Shown here in pieces: positions 27,601 to 40,101 of a stretch of DNA of 64,000 bases. Location: NCBI GenBank assembly GCA_030390025.1, contig CM059431.1, positions 124,746,001 through 124,810,000 of the forward strand. The letters run 5' to 3'. The notes under the pieces are model-generated. The model did no database searches. It was not told the DNA's origin and saw only the letters and a list, made by a program, of their open reading frames with translations. Position numbers and translations under genes: made by a program. How positions within the stretch are numbered: position 1 is the stretch's first letter; the number at the start of each line of letters is the position of its first letter. The DNA comes from Squalus acanthias (lineage: Eukaryota).

Positions 27601-27680
27601 TGGAGCATAAACGCCGGCATGGACTGGTTGTGCCGAATGGCCTGTTTCTGTGCCATATATCCTATGTGATCCTATGTAAA
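24630..27680 (+). mobile_element. 5'-truncated CR1 LINE (RT remnant) interrupted by a Harbinger-type insertion
   Basis: SQHG..KGKSCLTNL, YLDFQKAFD, GVPYGSVLG..LF.IYINDL and RRNFFSQRVVRMWNSLP motifs; tail of CCTATGT repeats at ~27660. Confidence 0.88.
25634..27350. mobile_element. Non-autonomous Harbinger-derived element
   Basis: Imperfect TIRs AGGCGGAATTTT/AAAATCGCGGCC; 3-bp TSD AGT; minus-strand Myb/SANT remnant (TRLQWHKPFNDL). Confidence 0.65.
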
Positions 27681-28279
27681 TAGGCTGGGAACCTCCTCGG
27701 AGCTGCTCTCACTCCAAGGAAATTCCCGGCCATACAATAATCAAAAAAATCCAATTGATGCACACTGGTACCTTGCATATAGACAGCAATAAGCCATAAC
27801 ATAAAAGAAAAACTTGGCACTGATAAATTTACAGTCCAATACTCGCAAGTAACTCATACATTTATCCTAAAATGTGCAATTCCATGTATATAGTATCATC
27901 AAATGGCAAACTCATTATTAGTTTTAAAAATAGTACATGGATTATTTAAATTGAATGTACTTTTAAGATATCAGAGTGGATAAAGCATCCACTTAAAATC
28001 CTAATACTATGGGAATTGAAAATCTTGAACTATTTACCCTCTCAAACATTTTAATAAATTTGAACAATTTTGTTAGATCTCCCCTTAACCTTCTCTGCTC
28101 CAGTAAATATAACTCCAGTTTTTACGTCTGTCATCATAACTATAGCTTCTCATTCCTGGTATCATTCTAGTGAATCTACCTTGCACCTTTCCATGGCTTC
28201 AATTTCCTTTCTATAATGGAGTACACAAAACTACAGATCCATTATCATCTTCTTGCTGTGGTATTCAGTGCTCCTCTAG

Positions 28280-28590
28280 AGTTTCAGCTTGGCCCAGTTA
28301 GCAGAACTCTCACCTTTGAGTTAGAAGGTGGTGTGTGCTAAGCATTACTCTAGGACATGAGCACAAAATCAGCCCACTTTGTTCAGGTATTAAATTAAGG
28401 CCCTGTCTGCCTGCTCTGGCAGTTCAGGTGGATGTTAAACAATACACGGTAGTATTTGAAGAAGTGATGGGTATTTTCCTCATGTTCTAACCAACATTCA
28501 ATCAAAAACAGATTAACTGGCCATCATCTCATTGCAGTCTGTGGAATCTTGCCATGTGCTAAATGGCTATTGTGTTTGCCCACATATCAT
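28280..28590 (+). mobile_element. Degenerate Deu-domain-like SINE
   Basis: tRNA-like head and core ...CAGATTAACTGGCCATCATCTCATTGC.GTCTGTGG.ATCTTGC, also seen at 60200-60400. Confidence 0.5.
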
Positions 28591-28899
28591 AAGTCATTGC
28601 ACTCCAAAGTATGTGAAGCACTATATAAATGCATCCCCTCCCCCCACCCCCGCATGTATCAAAGTCATCACATTTGCCCTTTCTATGACTTTCTTCCCTG
28701 GTATCCCACTTTTAAAGATTTACATCTTTATACTCCAATATCTAACTGTTCCTTTACTTCAGTGAGAATTTTATCATTTAGGATGTATTTATATATATTC
28801 TTTGTACTATTTATTTATTTGTATGTAACTTTTTCTGGCATTATAATAACCCCTAAATGTTAAATAATTTTCATTTCAATGTTTTGTCTCAACCAATTA

Positions 28900-31800
28900 A
28901 GGGAGGTCAGTGGAGCAAAACAGAAAACAGGTAGTGGTAGGGGCCAGAATACCGTCTGATGCCGTGCATACACTTCTGCCGCAAATCGCGCCAGACGCCA
29001 TAATGGTGAAGACATTAGCGCGTGAGCAGCTAACGTCTGCCAGAAGAATGCAGAGCAGGCAGATCATGATGTCAATCAGCATGCAGTGCTGATTTGACGC
29101 CAGCACTGCAATTTTGGAGCTCAACACTCCAGCCGACGCCTTCTCTTAACCTTGCACAGCTGAACACACATTAAGCAGCAGGAAGCATCCTCCACCAGTG
29201 CTATTCAAAGGGATCATCCAATACTTACAGATTAGTTGCTGGTTGATTTCTTCTGGTTGTTGGTATGATTCTGCAAGTGTTTGGTGCTTTCCATAGTTGT
29301 TTCAAGTTGCAAAAGTTTACTGGGAGTGGTTTGGCAAATGCTGAAGGACTTTTTCCTGACTTCAAGACTTCTCCACAAACCAGTTGCTGCCAGACATGAA
29401 TGTACTAGTAGGCCTTCCACTTAGAATAGAGCATGACTGGGAGAATGAGCAGATGCCGCACAGAGCAGGCCAAACTGCTAGAAGAGGGAAGAGGAGGAGA
29501 AGGAGCAAGAGGAAGAGGAGGAAGAGTAAGAGGAGGAAAAGGAAGGTAGGCAGCAACCTAGACAGCCCCTTTCTGCCTGGGCTGTACATAAAGAACTACT
29601 TAGAGTGAGATACCAGTAACCGCAACTCCAATTCCCCATTCACCAATAGTCCCACACTCCTTACCTTCCCCCTGTCACTCACCATCACTTTGTCATCTTG
29701 GCCACAATGCAAAAATACAAGACACCCCAAAATAAACATTCCAAACCAAATTTATAAATGAAATCATATCATATTGCATACAAACGTAAACTAATCACCC
29801 TTGTGCATTCCCTCAGTGCCTGTCTTCCGTGTGCCTTTGCCTGTCCTGGTGCTCCTACATAGTGCTACACCAACGGTTGCAGCATGGCTGGTGGAAGGCT
29901 GCTGACTTTCAGTGGAGGAAACTGCAGATGGCCTTTGAGGATGACCTCAAACAGCTCTGGGACTAGAGGTCCGGCTTTGGACTGCACCATCTCGGCATGG
30001 GCGGCAGCAGTCTGGCCTGGCTGGCTGACAGGCAACAGCAAGGGAACTGGTGGGAACACAAGTGCTGCCATGCTGAGAGAGGACAGCAGGTTCACACTCC
30101 ACGGAGCCACTGCCACTCCCTCAGGACGGCACCTCAGCAATTCTACTAATCTGTTGGAGGACAGATTGCTGGACTGCTGTGACACCCTGCAAGCCCCTTT
30201 GAACACTGGTATCCGCAACCATGATGGCAGCAAGCTGAGCTTGCATGACTTCAGTCTGAGCTTCCAATGCAGCACTCAGACTTCTGGTGGAAGATGCTTG
30301 TGCTGCAATGGAAGCTGAGACATTGACCATCAGATGCAGCATCATGGTTAGGTCCACAAGCAATGTGCCCTGTAATTATTTTTTGGGTGCGTGTGCCCTT
30401 TAACTGGCTGTGTGACCCATTCAATTTTTCGTGCATGCGCGGTTATTACCATTGTAAAGCCAGTGAGTGGCCTATATGGGACTACCAAACCACTGCGTGG
30501 TCACACGGCCGCGCAACTTAACAGGAACGTTGTCCACAAGTGCACTAATGGAGTTGGCCACCACTTCCTTGCTAGAAAGGATAGGCTCCAAGCTCTGCAC
30601 AAAGCCCTGTGCCAAGTTGGTGCCGGACTCCTACATGCTCCTTGACATTGAACGCAGGCTTTCTGGCAGGCTTCCCAATGCACCAAGTATTTCAGTGTGC
30701 ATACACATCAGCCTTCTTCTGTAACCTACCCTATAGAAGTCCTCATCTGAGCCATCTGCAGCAGAACTCGTGTGCGACATCGCCCTCTGGTGAGCTGGCA
30801 CCTGCGCTATCCTTGTCCCCTGCTCTGGCTGAAGGCCACTCGTGCCCGGTGTCTCACCACGTGCAGATCCTGCCTCTATGCTATCCTCTAAATTATGTGC
30901 AGTGTCAGTTTCTGATCTGGTAGCGAGGGACGGTGTGTCTTCATCATCACTGTCTTCTTGCTGTTCCTTCACTGCCTGGCTAGGTTGTACTTCTTGGGTA
31001 TCTGAAAGGACAAAGGCACAAGGGTAAGGTTGTGGTGAGGGGAGATGAGGGGTGGGTGGAGGGAAATTAAGCAGTGCATGCTTACACCATCTGCAGCTTG
31101 TAAGTCAGAAGAGATTGTGGGAAGAGGAGGAAGTGGGATGTGAGAAGGACGTTTAGGTATGAGGATACCGTCATCTTCAATTGATCCAGTCCTGCCACTG
31201 GCTATGGCTTCAGCAATTGCTGTTCCAATAATGGCCAGCACCGTCTCCTCCATGGGGGTTAGGACATGCAAGCGCACCTGCCCCCCTCCGGTTAGTTCCT
31301 GCTGCCTCCAGTTGTGCATCACCTTCTCCTGCAAGGGAGAGGGAAGTATGTCAGTGAGTGACGTGCAATCTGTTGGTTAATGTGGCTGTCGTGGTTGAAT
31401 ACTTGGCAGTGTGTGCAAGCTGTGAGATGTGGGTGTGAGGCTCGCAGTAGTGCTAAGTGTGTGCGGGTGCAGTGGAGCATATGAATGTTAGATATGATCC
31501 TGATTGCTAGAGATTGTTGATAGGTGAGTGATGGAGGTGTGGTGAATTGTGGAGTGTCTGAGGCTAGTGGTGCAGTTAGTAGGATATGGCATTTGATGAT
31601 GCATTCACTGACCTTGACCGCTCATATGAGGTCATTAAACTTCTTGCAGCACTGCATCCAGGTCCTCAGGGCTAGACACCTGGCATTGACCTCCACGGCT
31701 ATCTGCTCCTGGCCCCCTGCAGATACAGGACATCTCTCTTCCATTCCACCTCCTCCACCAAGGCCTCCAGTGTAGCGTTTGAAAACCTTGGAGCCCGCTT

Positions 31801-32094
31801 TCTCCCATTTTGTGCTATTCTTCACTGTTTCCCAGGTCAGGCTCACTTCCTACACAACTCCCAGCACATGCTCCAGCCACAACACACATCCCCTTTAAGA
31901 GGTGCAGGCTAGCTTTAAGAAGTGCCAGCAAGTTATCATTTTGGGACCCCTGCTGATGCGTGCAGCCAATGAACAGCGCGTTTAGCACTGGCTGCACGCA
32001 GCAATCATTCTAATGGTCAGGCAGCATGAAGTTGGCATGCTGCCTGCATTTCAATCTTCGCACCCGTTTTCAAGGGCTATCCAATTTGTCCCCC
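28900..32094. mobile_element. Internally deleted Harbinger element (transposase stub on +, Myb/SANT gene remnant on -)
   Basis: RTWMQCCKKFNDL and LTGGG..LTPMEE.VL.IIG motifs; homologous to 33043-39480; boundaries approximate. Confidence 0.7.
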
Positions 32095-33557
32095 TGTGTG
32101 CCTCCACTGATGGCAGGCAACCTCACCTGCTGGCAGCATAAATTCACAATTTGGGTGGGCAATGCTCATGATTTTCCAACCATATAGGTTGAAACATCAT
32201 TGGTGTTGTGCACCTTCATTTATGATTTGTGCTACTGGCAGGCGTGATTTCCCATCAGCAGCATGGACTCCTAAAATTCCACACTGAATGTCATCATCAT
32301 GTCATATGGATACGATACAGAGTAAAATTTCCTTTACTTTGCAACAATCGGGGTGTAATCATGCTTTGCAATATATCATAAAAAGATATACAAAAGTAAA
32401 AATTTGTCTGTGCTCGACTTTGGGCCCAGACTTGGTGCTGGACAGCTCGCGCCCCAACCGAGAGGCCTGAGGAAGGCCCAAAATTAGGCCTCAGGCAGGC
32501 CCAAAATTAAGCCGCAGGCTCCATCATCATTTTATGAGCGAGCTGCTGATGCCTGCCATGCTTTCACAAGCAGCTCACACATTGTAAATGTTGAATGTTG
32601 GGCCTCTACCCAGGAGAGGCGTTGGAGCGCGCAATGGGGTTGGGGCCTTCATGACGACTCTGGAGTCGGGTTTGCACTCCTGCTCCTCCTGGCTCCACAT
32701 GAAGGTTTTTTCAATGTAAATTTAAAAAATGTACTTTTCATTGGCGGCCACTGAAGAATTCTGAGCTGGACAGGCCCGGCACCTACTTCGCACCATGGAA
32801 ACTACCATTAATGAAGTCCTTCAACAGGAGGTAGACCCCTAATTTACATATGTAAGGGGCCTAACACTTGTTTTAGGCAGCCACCTAGGTCGCCTAAAAA
32901 TTGCGCCTATCAAATTTAGTAGTGTTCCGGACACACGCCCAAATTGAGCCCATCCTGTCCAACTGCAAAACTTGTCAGCTTGTGCCCGTTTTACACCCAA
33001 AAACAGGCACAACGCATACAAATTTCTACCCCAAAAGACTTTGGGGGAAAATTTGGTACCTTAGCGCCTCCAGTTAGGGCCAGCAGATGGCGGTAACAGG
33101 GCACTGATGCAGTAGTGCCGGGGTGAGGCAAATCCAGTGCCGCACTGCAAATCCGCCTCCCCCCCCATCGCCCCCCGCTGCGCCACTGGTATGAGGTACC
33201 GCCGGGGACTTCAATGCCAGGCAGATCGTGATGTCAGTGAGTGTGCAATGCTCACTGGCCGCCCGATCTGCGAAATTGATTGTCGCCACCTACTTTAGCG
33301 CCTCGACCAAACAGCGACAGGGAGAGCTGGCGTGAAGTAGCCAGAAGCCGGCTCCAGGGACGTTATTTCAAGGGATCATGATTAATGAGCCACAGCTGTC
33401 AGGTTAGTGGAGTTTCAGTGCTTTCTTGTCAATTTCACATTGTGCAACCGTTTAATTCAGTAATTTATAGATTATTTTGCATGAGGAGTGTGTGGGAACT
33501 AAAAAGTAGCTACATTTATTCTTAAAAATATCAAACCACTACACTTGGCTTACATTA

Positions 33558-34619
33558 ATGGGGGCTGTACTGGCAGTCGACCTGTCCCACCAGGATCTAC
33601 GGCGGAGGGAGCGGAGGCAGCGAGAAACAGTGGAACATGTGGCCAGATGTAGCAGGAGGGCCATCAGGACTCTCAACAGGAGGCCTTATCCTCCGAGGGT
33701 ATTCCGAGAGCTCTTCTCCTACCTCCAATTAAGCGAGGAGCAGTGTATTGGTAGGTTTCACCAAGGAAGTGGTCACAGAACTCTGCCACCTCCTGCAACC
33801 AGACCTCCAGCCTCAGATCAGGGTGACCATGGTTCTCTCAGTGGCAGTCAAGGTCACCGTCACCCTCAATTTCTTCTCCAGCGGATCCTTCCAGTCTGCC
33901 ACAGGAGACATATCTAACATCTCGCAGTTCGCCGTCCATCGCTGTATCCGGGAGGTCACAGATGCTCTCTACAGTAGGAGAAGGGACTACATTTCCTTCC
34001 CCATCACCAGATAGAAACAGGACGAGCGTGCATGTGGCTTTGCCAGGATAGCGGGATTTCCCATGGTGCAGGGCGCCATTGACTGCACCTACATGGCTTT
34101 GCGGGCACCGCATAACAATCCTGAGAACTTCCGTAACCACAAAGGCTACCACTCACTTAATGTACAGTTGGTGTGCGACCTCAATGTGAATGCCCGCTAT
34201 CCTGGCAGCAGCCATGATGCCTTCATCCTGTGCCAGCACTCTTACAGCCACCACATGAAGCACGTGGCTGGCTGCTCGGAGACAAGGGCGATCCACTCTC
34301 CAGCTGTCTGATGACTCCCCTCCGCAACCCCAACATTCCTGCCCAGCACTCATATAATGACAGCCATGTTGCCACCAGGAACATCATCAAGCAGACCATC
34401 AGCCTACTCAAGCAACGGTTCCGCTGCCTTGACCGCTTGGGAGGAGCCCTCAGGTACTCAGCTGAGCGGGTGTCCCATTTCGGCATGGTCTGCTGCATGC
34501 TCCACAACTTGGCCATCATGAGGGCCCAGCCCTTACCACCAGGGATTGTGGGACCACCTCAGGAGGAGGAAGAGGCAGAGGAGGAGGAGGAGAACGAGGT
34601 GGAGGAGGAACAGGAGTGA
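33558..34619 (+). pseudogene. Harbinger/PIF (HARBI1-like) DDE transposase, frameshifted
   Basis: GFPMVQGAIDCT, KGYHSLNVQLVCD, YPGSSHDAFI, WLLGDKG and LKQRFRCLD motifs. Confidence 0.9.
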
Positions 34620-35426
34620 GGGAGGAGGCAGCCATTCGATTGGCCTTCTGGAAGGACCGTCCTTGATCGTCTCATCAGACTGCGATTCCAATAAATTAAA
34701 GCGCAAGTCCCTGTTGCTCACCAAATCCCCATCATTCCATCCCTGTCACAGGTCATATCACAGCACAAAGCTGAAATGAAACCAACTACAAAAGAATCCA
34801 AACTGAATTAATAAATTTATCAAAAATCAGTGAACACTTATTTACACCAATAATATTAACTACTCACCCTTGTGCAATCCCTTAGTGCCTCTTGTTACTG
34901 TGCCTTTGCCTACTCTAGTGCTCCTATGAAGTGTTGGCCTGGTGGCTGCAGTACGGCTGGTGGAAGGCTGCTGAGTGTCCGTGTGGGAGACTTCAGATGG
35001 CCTTGCAGGACACCCTCCACCATCTCTGGGCCTGGAAGGCCCGGCTGTAGACTGCACCACCTCAGCATGGGCGGCAGCAGTCTGGACTGGCTGGATGACA
35101 GGCAGCGACAAGGGCAATGGCGGAGTGGCAGTGGTGGGAGCAGGAATGCTGTCATCCTGAGAGAGGACAGCGGGTTCCTGCTCCAATGACCCAGTGCATC
35201 TCCCCAGGGCAGCACTTCAGCATCCCCAGCAATCTGTTGGAGCACAGATTGCTGGCCAGCTGCGACACTGTGAAAGCCCCAGTCAATGGTGGTAGACTCA
35301 GCCAAGCTGGCAGCAGTCAGAGCTCATGTGGCATCAAGTTGAGATTGCATGAGATCAGTCTGAGATTGGATGCCAACAAGTACTCACCCGTAGGGACATC
35401 GGAAATGCCGGTTTCAGGCATGCACA

Positions 35427-37145
35427 GTGCATGTGCTGGAAACCGGCATTTCCGATTTGTCAAGAAAGCAAGCCACCGTGTCCAAGACCGTCACTGACCT
35501 CATCTCCTCTGGAGATCTTCCCCCCACGGCCGCCAACCTCATAGTTCCCCAACCGCGCACAGCCCGCTTCTACCTCCTTCCCAAGATCCACAAACAGGAC
35601 TGCCCCGGTAGACCCATCGTTTCAGCCTGTTCTTGCCCCACGGAACTTATCTCTTCCTATCTCGACTCTATTTTTTCTCCCCTTGTCCAGTCTCTTCCCA
35701 CCTACATCCGCGACTCTTCCGATGCCCTCCGCCATTTTAACAGTTTCCAGTTTCCCGGCCCCAACCGTCTCCTCTTCACTATGGACGTACAATCCCTCTA
35801 CACCTCCATTCCCCACCAGGATGGCCTGAGGGCGCTCCGCTTCTTCCTTGAACAGAGGCCCAACCAGTCCCCATCCACCACCACCCTCCTCCGCCTGGCT
35901 GAACTTGTTCTCACATTGAACAACTTCTCCTTTGACTCTACCCATTTCCTCCAAATTAAAGGTGTTGCTATGGGTACCCGCATGGGTCCTAGCTATGCCT
36001 GCCTTTTCGTGGGATATGTGGAACACTCTTTGTTCCAGTCCTACTCGGGTCCCCTCCCTCACCTCTTTTTCCGGTACATTGATGACTGTATCGGTGCCGT
36101 CTCCTGCTCTCGCCCTGAACTAGAACATTTCATTCACTATGCTTCCAATTTCCACCCTTCCCTCACCTTCACATGGTCCATCTCCGACTCTTCCCTTCCC
36201 TTCCTCGACTTCTCCATCTCCATCTCTGGGGATAGGTTATTGACTAACATTCACTACAAGCCCACTGACTCCCACAGCTACCTGGACTACACTTCCTCCC
36301 ACCCCGCCTCCTGTAAGGACTCTATTCCATTCTCCCAGTTTCTCCGTCTCCGCCGCATCTGCTCTGATGATGCCACCTTCCATACCAGTGCTTCCGACAT
36401 GTCTTCCTTTTTCCTCAACCGAGGATTCCCCTCTACCGTGGTCGACACGGCCCTCGACCGTGTCCGTTCTATCTCCCGCACTTCTGCCCTCACCCCTGCC
36501 CCTCCCTCCCGGAACCACGATAGGGTTCCCCTTGTCCTCACCTTTCACCCCACCAGCCTCCACATTCAACGGATCATCCTCCGCCATTTCCGCCACCTCC
36601 AGCGTGATCCCACCACCAAACACATCTTCCCCTCACCTCCCCTTTCAGCATTCCGCAGGGACCGCTCCCTCCGCGACACCCTAGTCCACTCCTCTACCAC
36701 CCCCAGCACCCCTTCCCCTTCGCCCGGCACCTTCCCGTGCACGCGCAGGAGATGCAACACCTGCCCTTATACCTCCCCTCTTCCCACTGTCCAGGGCCCC
36801 AAACACCCCTTCCAGGTGAAACAGCGATTTACTTGTACTTCCTGCAATTTAGTATACTGTATTCGCTGCTCACGATGTGGTCTCCTCTACATTGGGGAGA
36901 CCAAACGCAGATTGGGTGACCGCTTTGCGGAACACCTCCGTTCAGTCCGTAAGGGGGACCCCGAGCTCCCGGTGGCCTGTCACTTTAATTCACCGCTTCA
37001 CTCCCACTCTGACCTCACCGTCCTCGGCCTATTACACTGTTCCACGGAAGCGCAGCGTAAGCTCGAGGAACAGCACCTCATCTTTCGTTTAGGCACGCTA
37101 CAGCCCTCTGGACTCAATATCGAGTTCAACAATTTTAGATCATAA
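35427..37145 (+). CDS. Penelope-like element ORF (RT + GIY-YIG endonuclease), 5'-truncated but uninterrupted
   Basis: FYLLPKIHK, GRPIVS, MDVQSLYT, GVAMGT and FRYIDD RT motifs; NLVYCIRC..CGLLYIGET GIY-YIG domain; true homology starts near 35465. Confidence 0.92.
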   Translation: MHVLETGISDLSRKQATVSKTVTDLISSGDLPPTAANLIVPQPRTARFYLLPKIHKQDCPGRPIVSACSCPTELISSYLDSIFSPLVQSLPTYIRDSSDALRHFNSFQFPGPNRLLFTMDVQSLYTSIPHQDGLRALRFFLEQRPNQSPSTTTLLRLAELVLTLNNFSFDSTHFLQIKGVAMGTRMGPSYACLFVGYVEHSLFQSYSGPLPHLFFRYIDDCIGAVSCSRPELEHFIHYASNFHPSLTFTWSISDSSLPFLDFSISISGDRLLTNIHYKPTDSHSYLDYTSSHPASCKDSIPFSQFLRLRRICSDDATFHTSASDMSSFFLNRGFPSTVVDTALDRVRSISRTSALTPAPPSRNHDRVPLVLTFHPTSLHIQRIILRHFRHLQRDPTTKHIFPSPPLSAFRRDRSLRDTLVHSSTTPSTPSPSPGTFPCTRRRCNTCPYTSPLPTVQGPKHPFQVKQRFTCTSCNLVYCIRCSRCGLLYIGETKRRLGDRFAEHLRSVRKGDPELPVACHFNSPLHSHSDLTVLGLLHCSTEAQRKLEEQHLIFRLGTLQPSGLNIEFNNFRS

Positions 37146-37422
37146 CCTCAGCTCCAATCACATTTATATTTTATTTTTTCCACCCTTTTATTTGCCCCCC
37201 CCCACCTTTTTTTTCCTCCTAGAAGCTGGCAGCTGTCCTTCATTCTGCCAGTGGATTTCACACTTCTTTCAGCCTTAATCTGTCACATTAACACCACCTC
37301 TAGCCTTGCATATCTCTTAATGTCTCTTAATGTCTCTTCTTCTCCCCCTTTGTTCTTTTATCCCCTCCCCCTTTTCCCAGCTTTACTCTGGCCTTAAATC
37401 TATTTGATTTCCGGCTCTTCAC

Positions 37423-37459
37423 AGTTCTGACGAAAGGTCATCGACCTGAAACGTTAACT
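37423..37459 (+). ncRNA. Minimal type I hammerhead ribozyme in the Penelope 3' pseudo-LTR
   Basis: AGTT-CTGACGA-A-AGGTC-ATC-GACCT-GAAA-CGTTA-ACT: core boxes, stem II and palindromic AACGTT stem III. Confidence 0.85.
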
Positions 37460-40101
37460 CTCTTTCTCTCTCCACGGATGCTGCCTGGCCTGCTGAGTTT
37501 TTCCAGCGTTTTCTGTTGTTATTTCAGATTTCCAGCATCCGCAGTATTTTGCTATCATATATTTGACAGGTCTTCCTGTCAAGTGTATGAAGGGAGATTC
37601 CCTTCTGTGATTGGCTCCCCATGGCCCACGTGATCCCAGGGACGCTGCAAACTACCTGCGCCTCTGGGATACGTGGGCCCTGCGCACTTGGAGTTTGGAG
37701 AGGCCCAGCATCGGAAGTGTGCGTGTCCCGGGAGCCCTCAGATAAGGGCATAGATTTTTCCAGAACGCAGTCCTCCGCCCGTGGGAGGCCTACGATCGGA
37801 ATATCTGGGCTGTTGTGTCGCTTCTGCCTGTGCTGCAATGGAAGCTACCAGATCGGCCATCACACATGGTATCAGGTCTGGGCCGCCACGGTCTCTCTGG
37901 GAGTCTACCATCCTTTGCAGACTGGAAATGATGGGCTCCATGGTGTGCGCAGAGCTCGGTGCAATGTTGGAGGCAGACTCCTCCATGCTCCTTACCATTG
38001 CCGAGAGGCTGGTGGCCACCATTGCCATTGCACCTATCATCTCCGTGTGCATGCCCATCACCCTTCTTCTAAAGGTCTCCCCATCGAGGTCCTCATCTGA
38101 GTCCTGTGCAGCAGAACTCGCGCGCAAACCCGCCCTCCGGGGAGCTGGCCCCCGAGCTACCCTTTCCCCCTGGCCTTGCTGCAGCCCATTTATCCCCGGT
38201 GCATCACCCTGTGCAGATCCCGCTACTATACTAGCCTCTAAAGAATGCATCGTGCCAGTATCTGAGCTGGTGCCTGCGGGTGAGACATGCAGTGACGTGG
38301 TGTGTTCTTCCTCCTCATCTTCTCCTGCCTCGCTCTCAACGGTGCCCTCAGGGACAGGCTGCTCAGGTGCTCGCTCATTATCTGAAAGCATAAAGGCACA
38401 AGAGACGGGTTAAGGTGAGGGGAGGGGGGCAGGAAGGGAGAAATGCATGCATACAGCATGATTAGCTAGAAAGTGCGACACGCTTGTGGGGTGAGGGGGA
38501 AGTGGGATGCGAGAAGGAGGAGTAGAGATGAACATACCGTTGTTGTCCCCAAGGCGGTAAACGTCACCAGTGGCCATGGTGCCCACCACCTTGCACCCAA
38601 TAATCTGCAGCACTCTATTCTCCAGATCAGACAGTGGTTGGGTGTTAGCTTGTCCACCGCCTGTGTGATCCTGCTCCCTCCTGTTGTAAGCCACCTTGGC
38701 CTGCAAGAGAAAGGAAAGTCTGTGTGTGAGTGTGGAGCAATGTGTTTGGGTGATGTTCCTGCAATAGTTAAATAGCTGACATTGTGTGCAAGGTGTGACA
38801 TGTGGGTGTGAGTGTTGGTAGGTAGAGATTGCTGGTGGGTGAGTGCTGGCGATGTGGTGCTTTGGGCAGTGTGTGAATACTGTGGTTCTGATGGTGGTTT
38901 GTACCATTTGTTGAAATATTGACTCACCCTGACCACCCGAGTGAGGTCGTTAAATTTCTTCCTACACTGTGTGTGGGTCCTGGGGACCACAGTGCTGCCC
39001 AAGACGTGCTGCGCTACCTCCCTCCACATGGTGCCAAAGACTTGCGGCGAGGGCCTCCTGCCACTTGTCAGGTAGAGCACCGCCCTCCGTCTCTCCACAG
39101 CGAACACCAATGACTCCAATGCTTGATCGCAGAAGCTGCGGGCTCTCTCCCTGGGGTGTGGCTCTGCCATGAGTACAGCTGCTTCAGTCTTCCAGCTCAT
39201 TTTCCTTGACATGCTGCTGCTTGCTGAGCCAGCAATGCTGAGAATGAGGTTCTGCAGCATCAATGAATCTCCCCTTTAAGAACTGGAAAAAGGCTGTGGC
39301 AATGATGACTTGCGATTAGACTGCACACAATATTGGTCTACCCTTTGAGTGTGACGCCAATGAGCTTGGGCTTTAAGACTTGAATTAATGCTCCAATCAT
39401 TTCTTTGAGCATTGAGCATGAATTTTGCATGCAGTCTAAAGCATTAGCGCCTGGCACTAATTCTCCAACTTTTCTAATGATACTGCCCATTCTTGGGCTG
39501 TAATGAATTTCTAGCTCTTAATGCTTTCATTAAAATGGCAAATGCAAATCCTATAGCCAAAAAAGTGAGAAGGGTCTTTTATCCAATTTTTCTCAGCTGG
39601 ATGAAAGCCGAGATGCAAGTGATAGCTATCCATGCCACCCAATCTCAGATGTGCAATTATTTAGTAGCCTTTTCTTTATTAAATTGCATCCCTGCCTTCA
39701 CATTATTAAAAAAACACAAGTGTGATCTCTGAGACTTGAAATGCTGAATCCCAGGGCATAAGGCTTCAAAGGCTGAATAATTTTGGCACCAAAAAAATTA
39801 CAGCACATAAATAATTAAAGCTGCAGCAAAAGGTCAGATCCAGAACATACAATGTTGTGACCTTCTCCATCTGTTACATTCCATAGGCAGGGGCTTCACC
39901 TATCTGCTCGTTTTAGTCTGCTACTGTTCTTCAGAAAGCTGTAATCGCAATGATTTGAGAAGGCTGAAATATGTCACTAATTACCGGCAGCAGATATTCT
40001 CAATAGGGTTGCAATATGGACTTCATATTGTAAAAAGGGCTGTGATGCTGATCAGGAGAATGTCAAACAGAAGTTTAACTTCGATAGAAACCAATGTGCT
40101 A

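Larger units (their letters stand above)
34860..39263 (-). pseudogene. Harbinger Myb/SANT-like DNA-binding gene, three exons, interrupted by a MITE and Penelope
   Basis: RERARSF...W.EVA...RTHTQCRKKFNDL; GT-AG introns at ~38702-38928 and ~38382-38536 that match the 28.9-32.1 kb copy. Confidence 0.75.
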
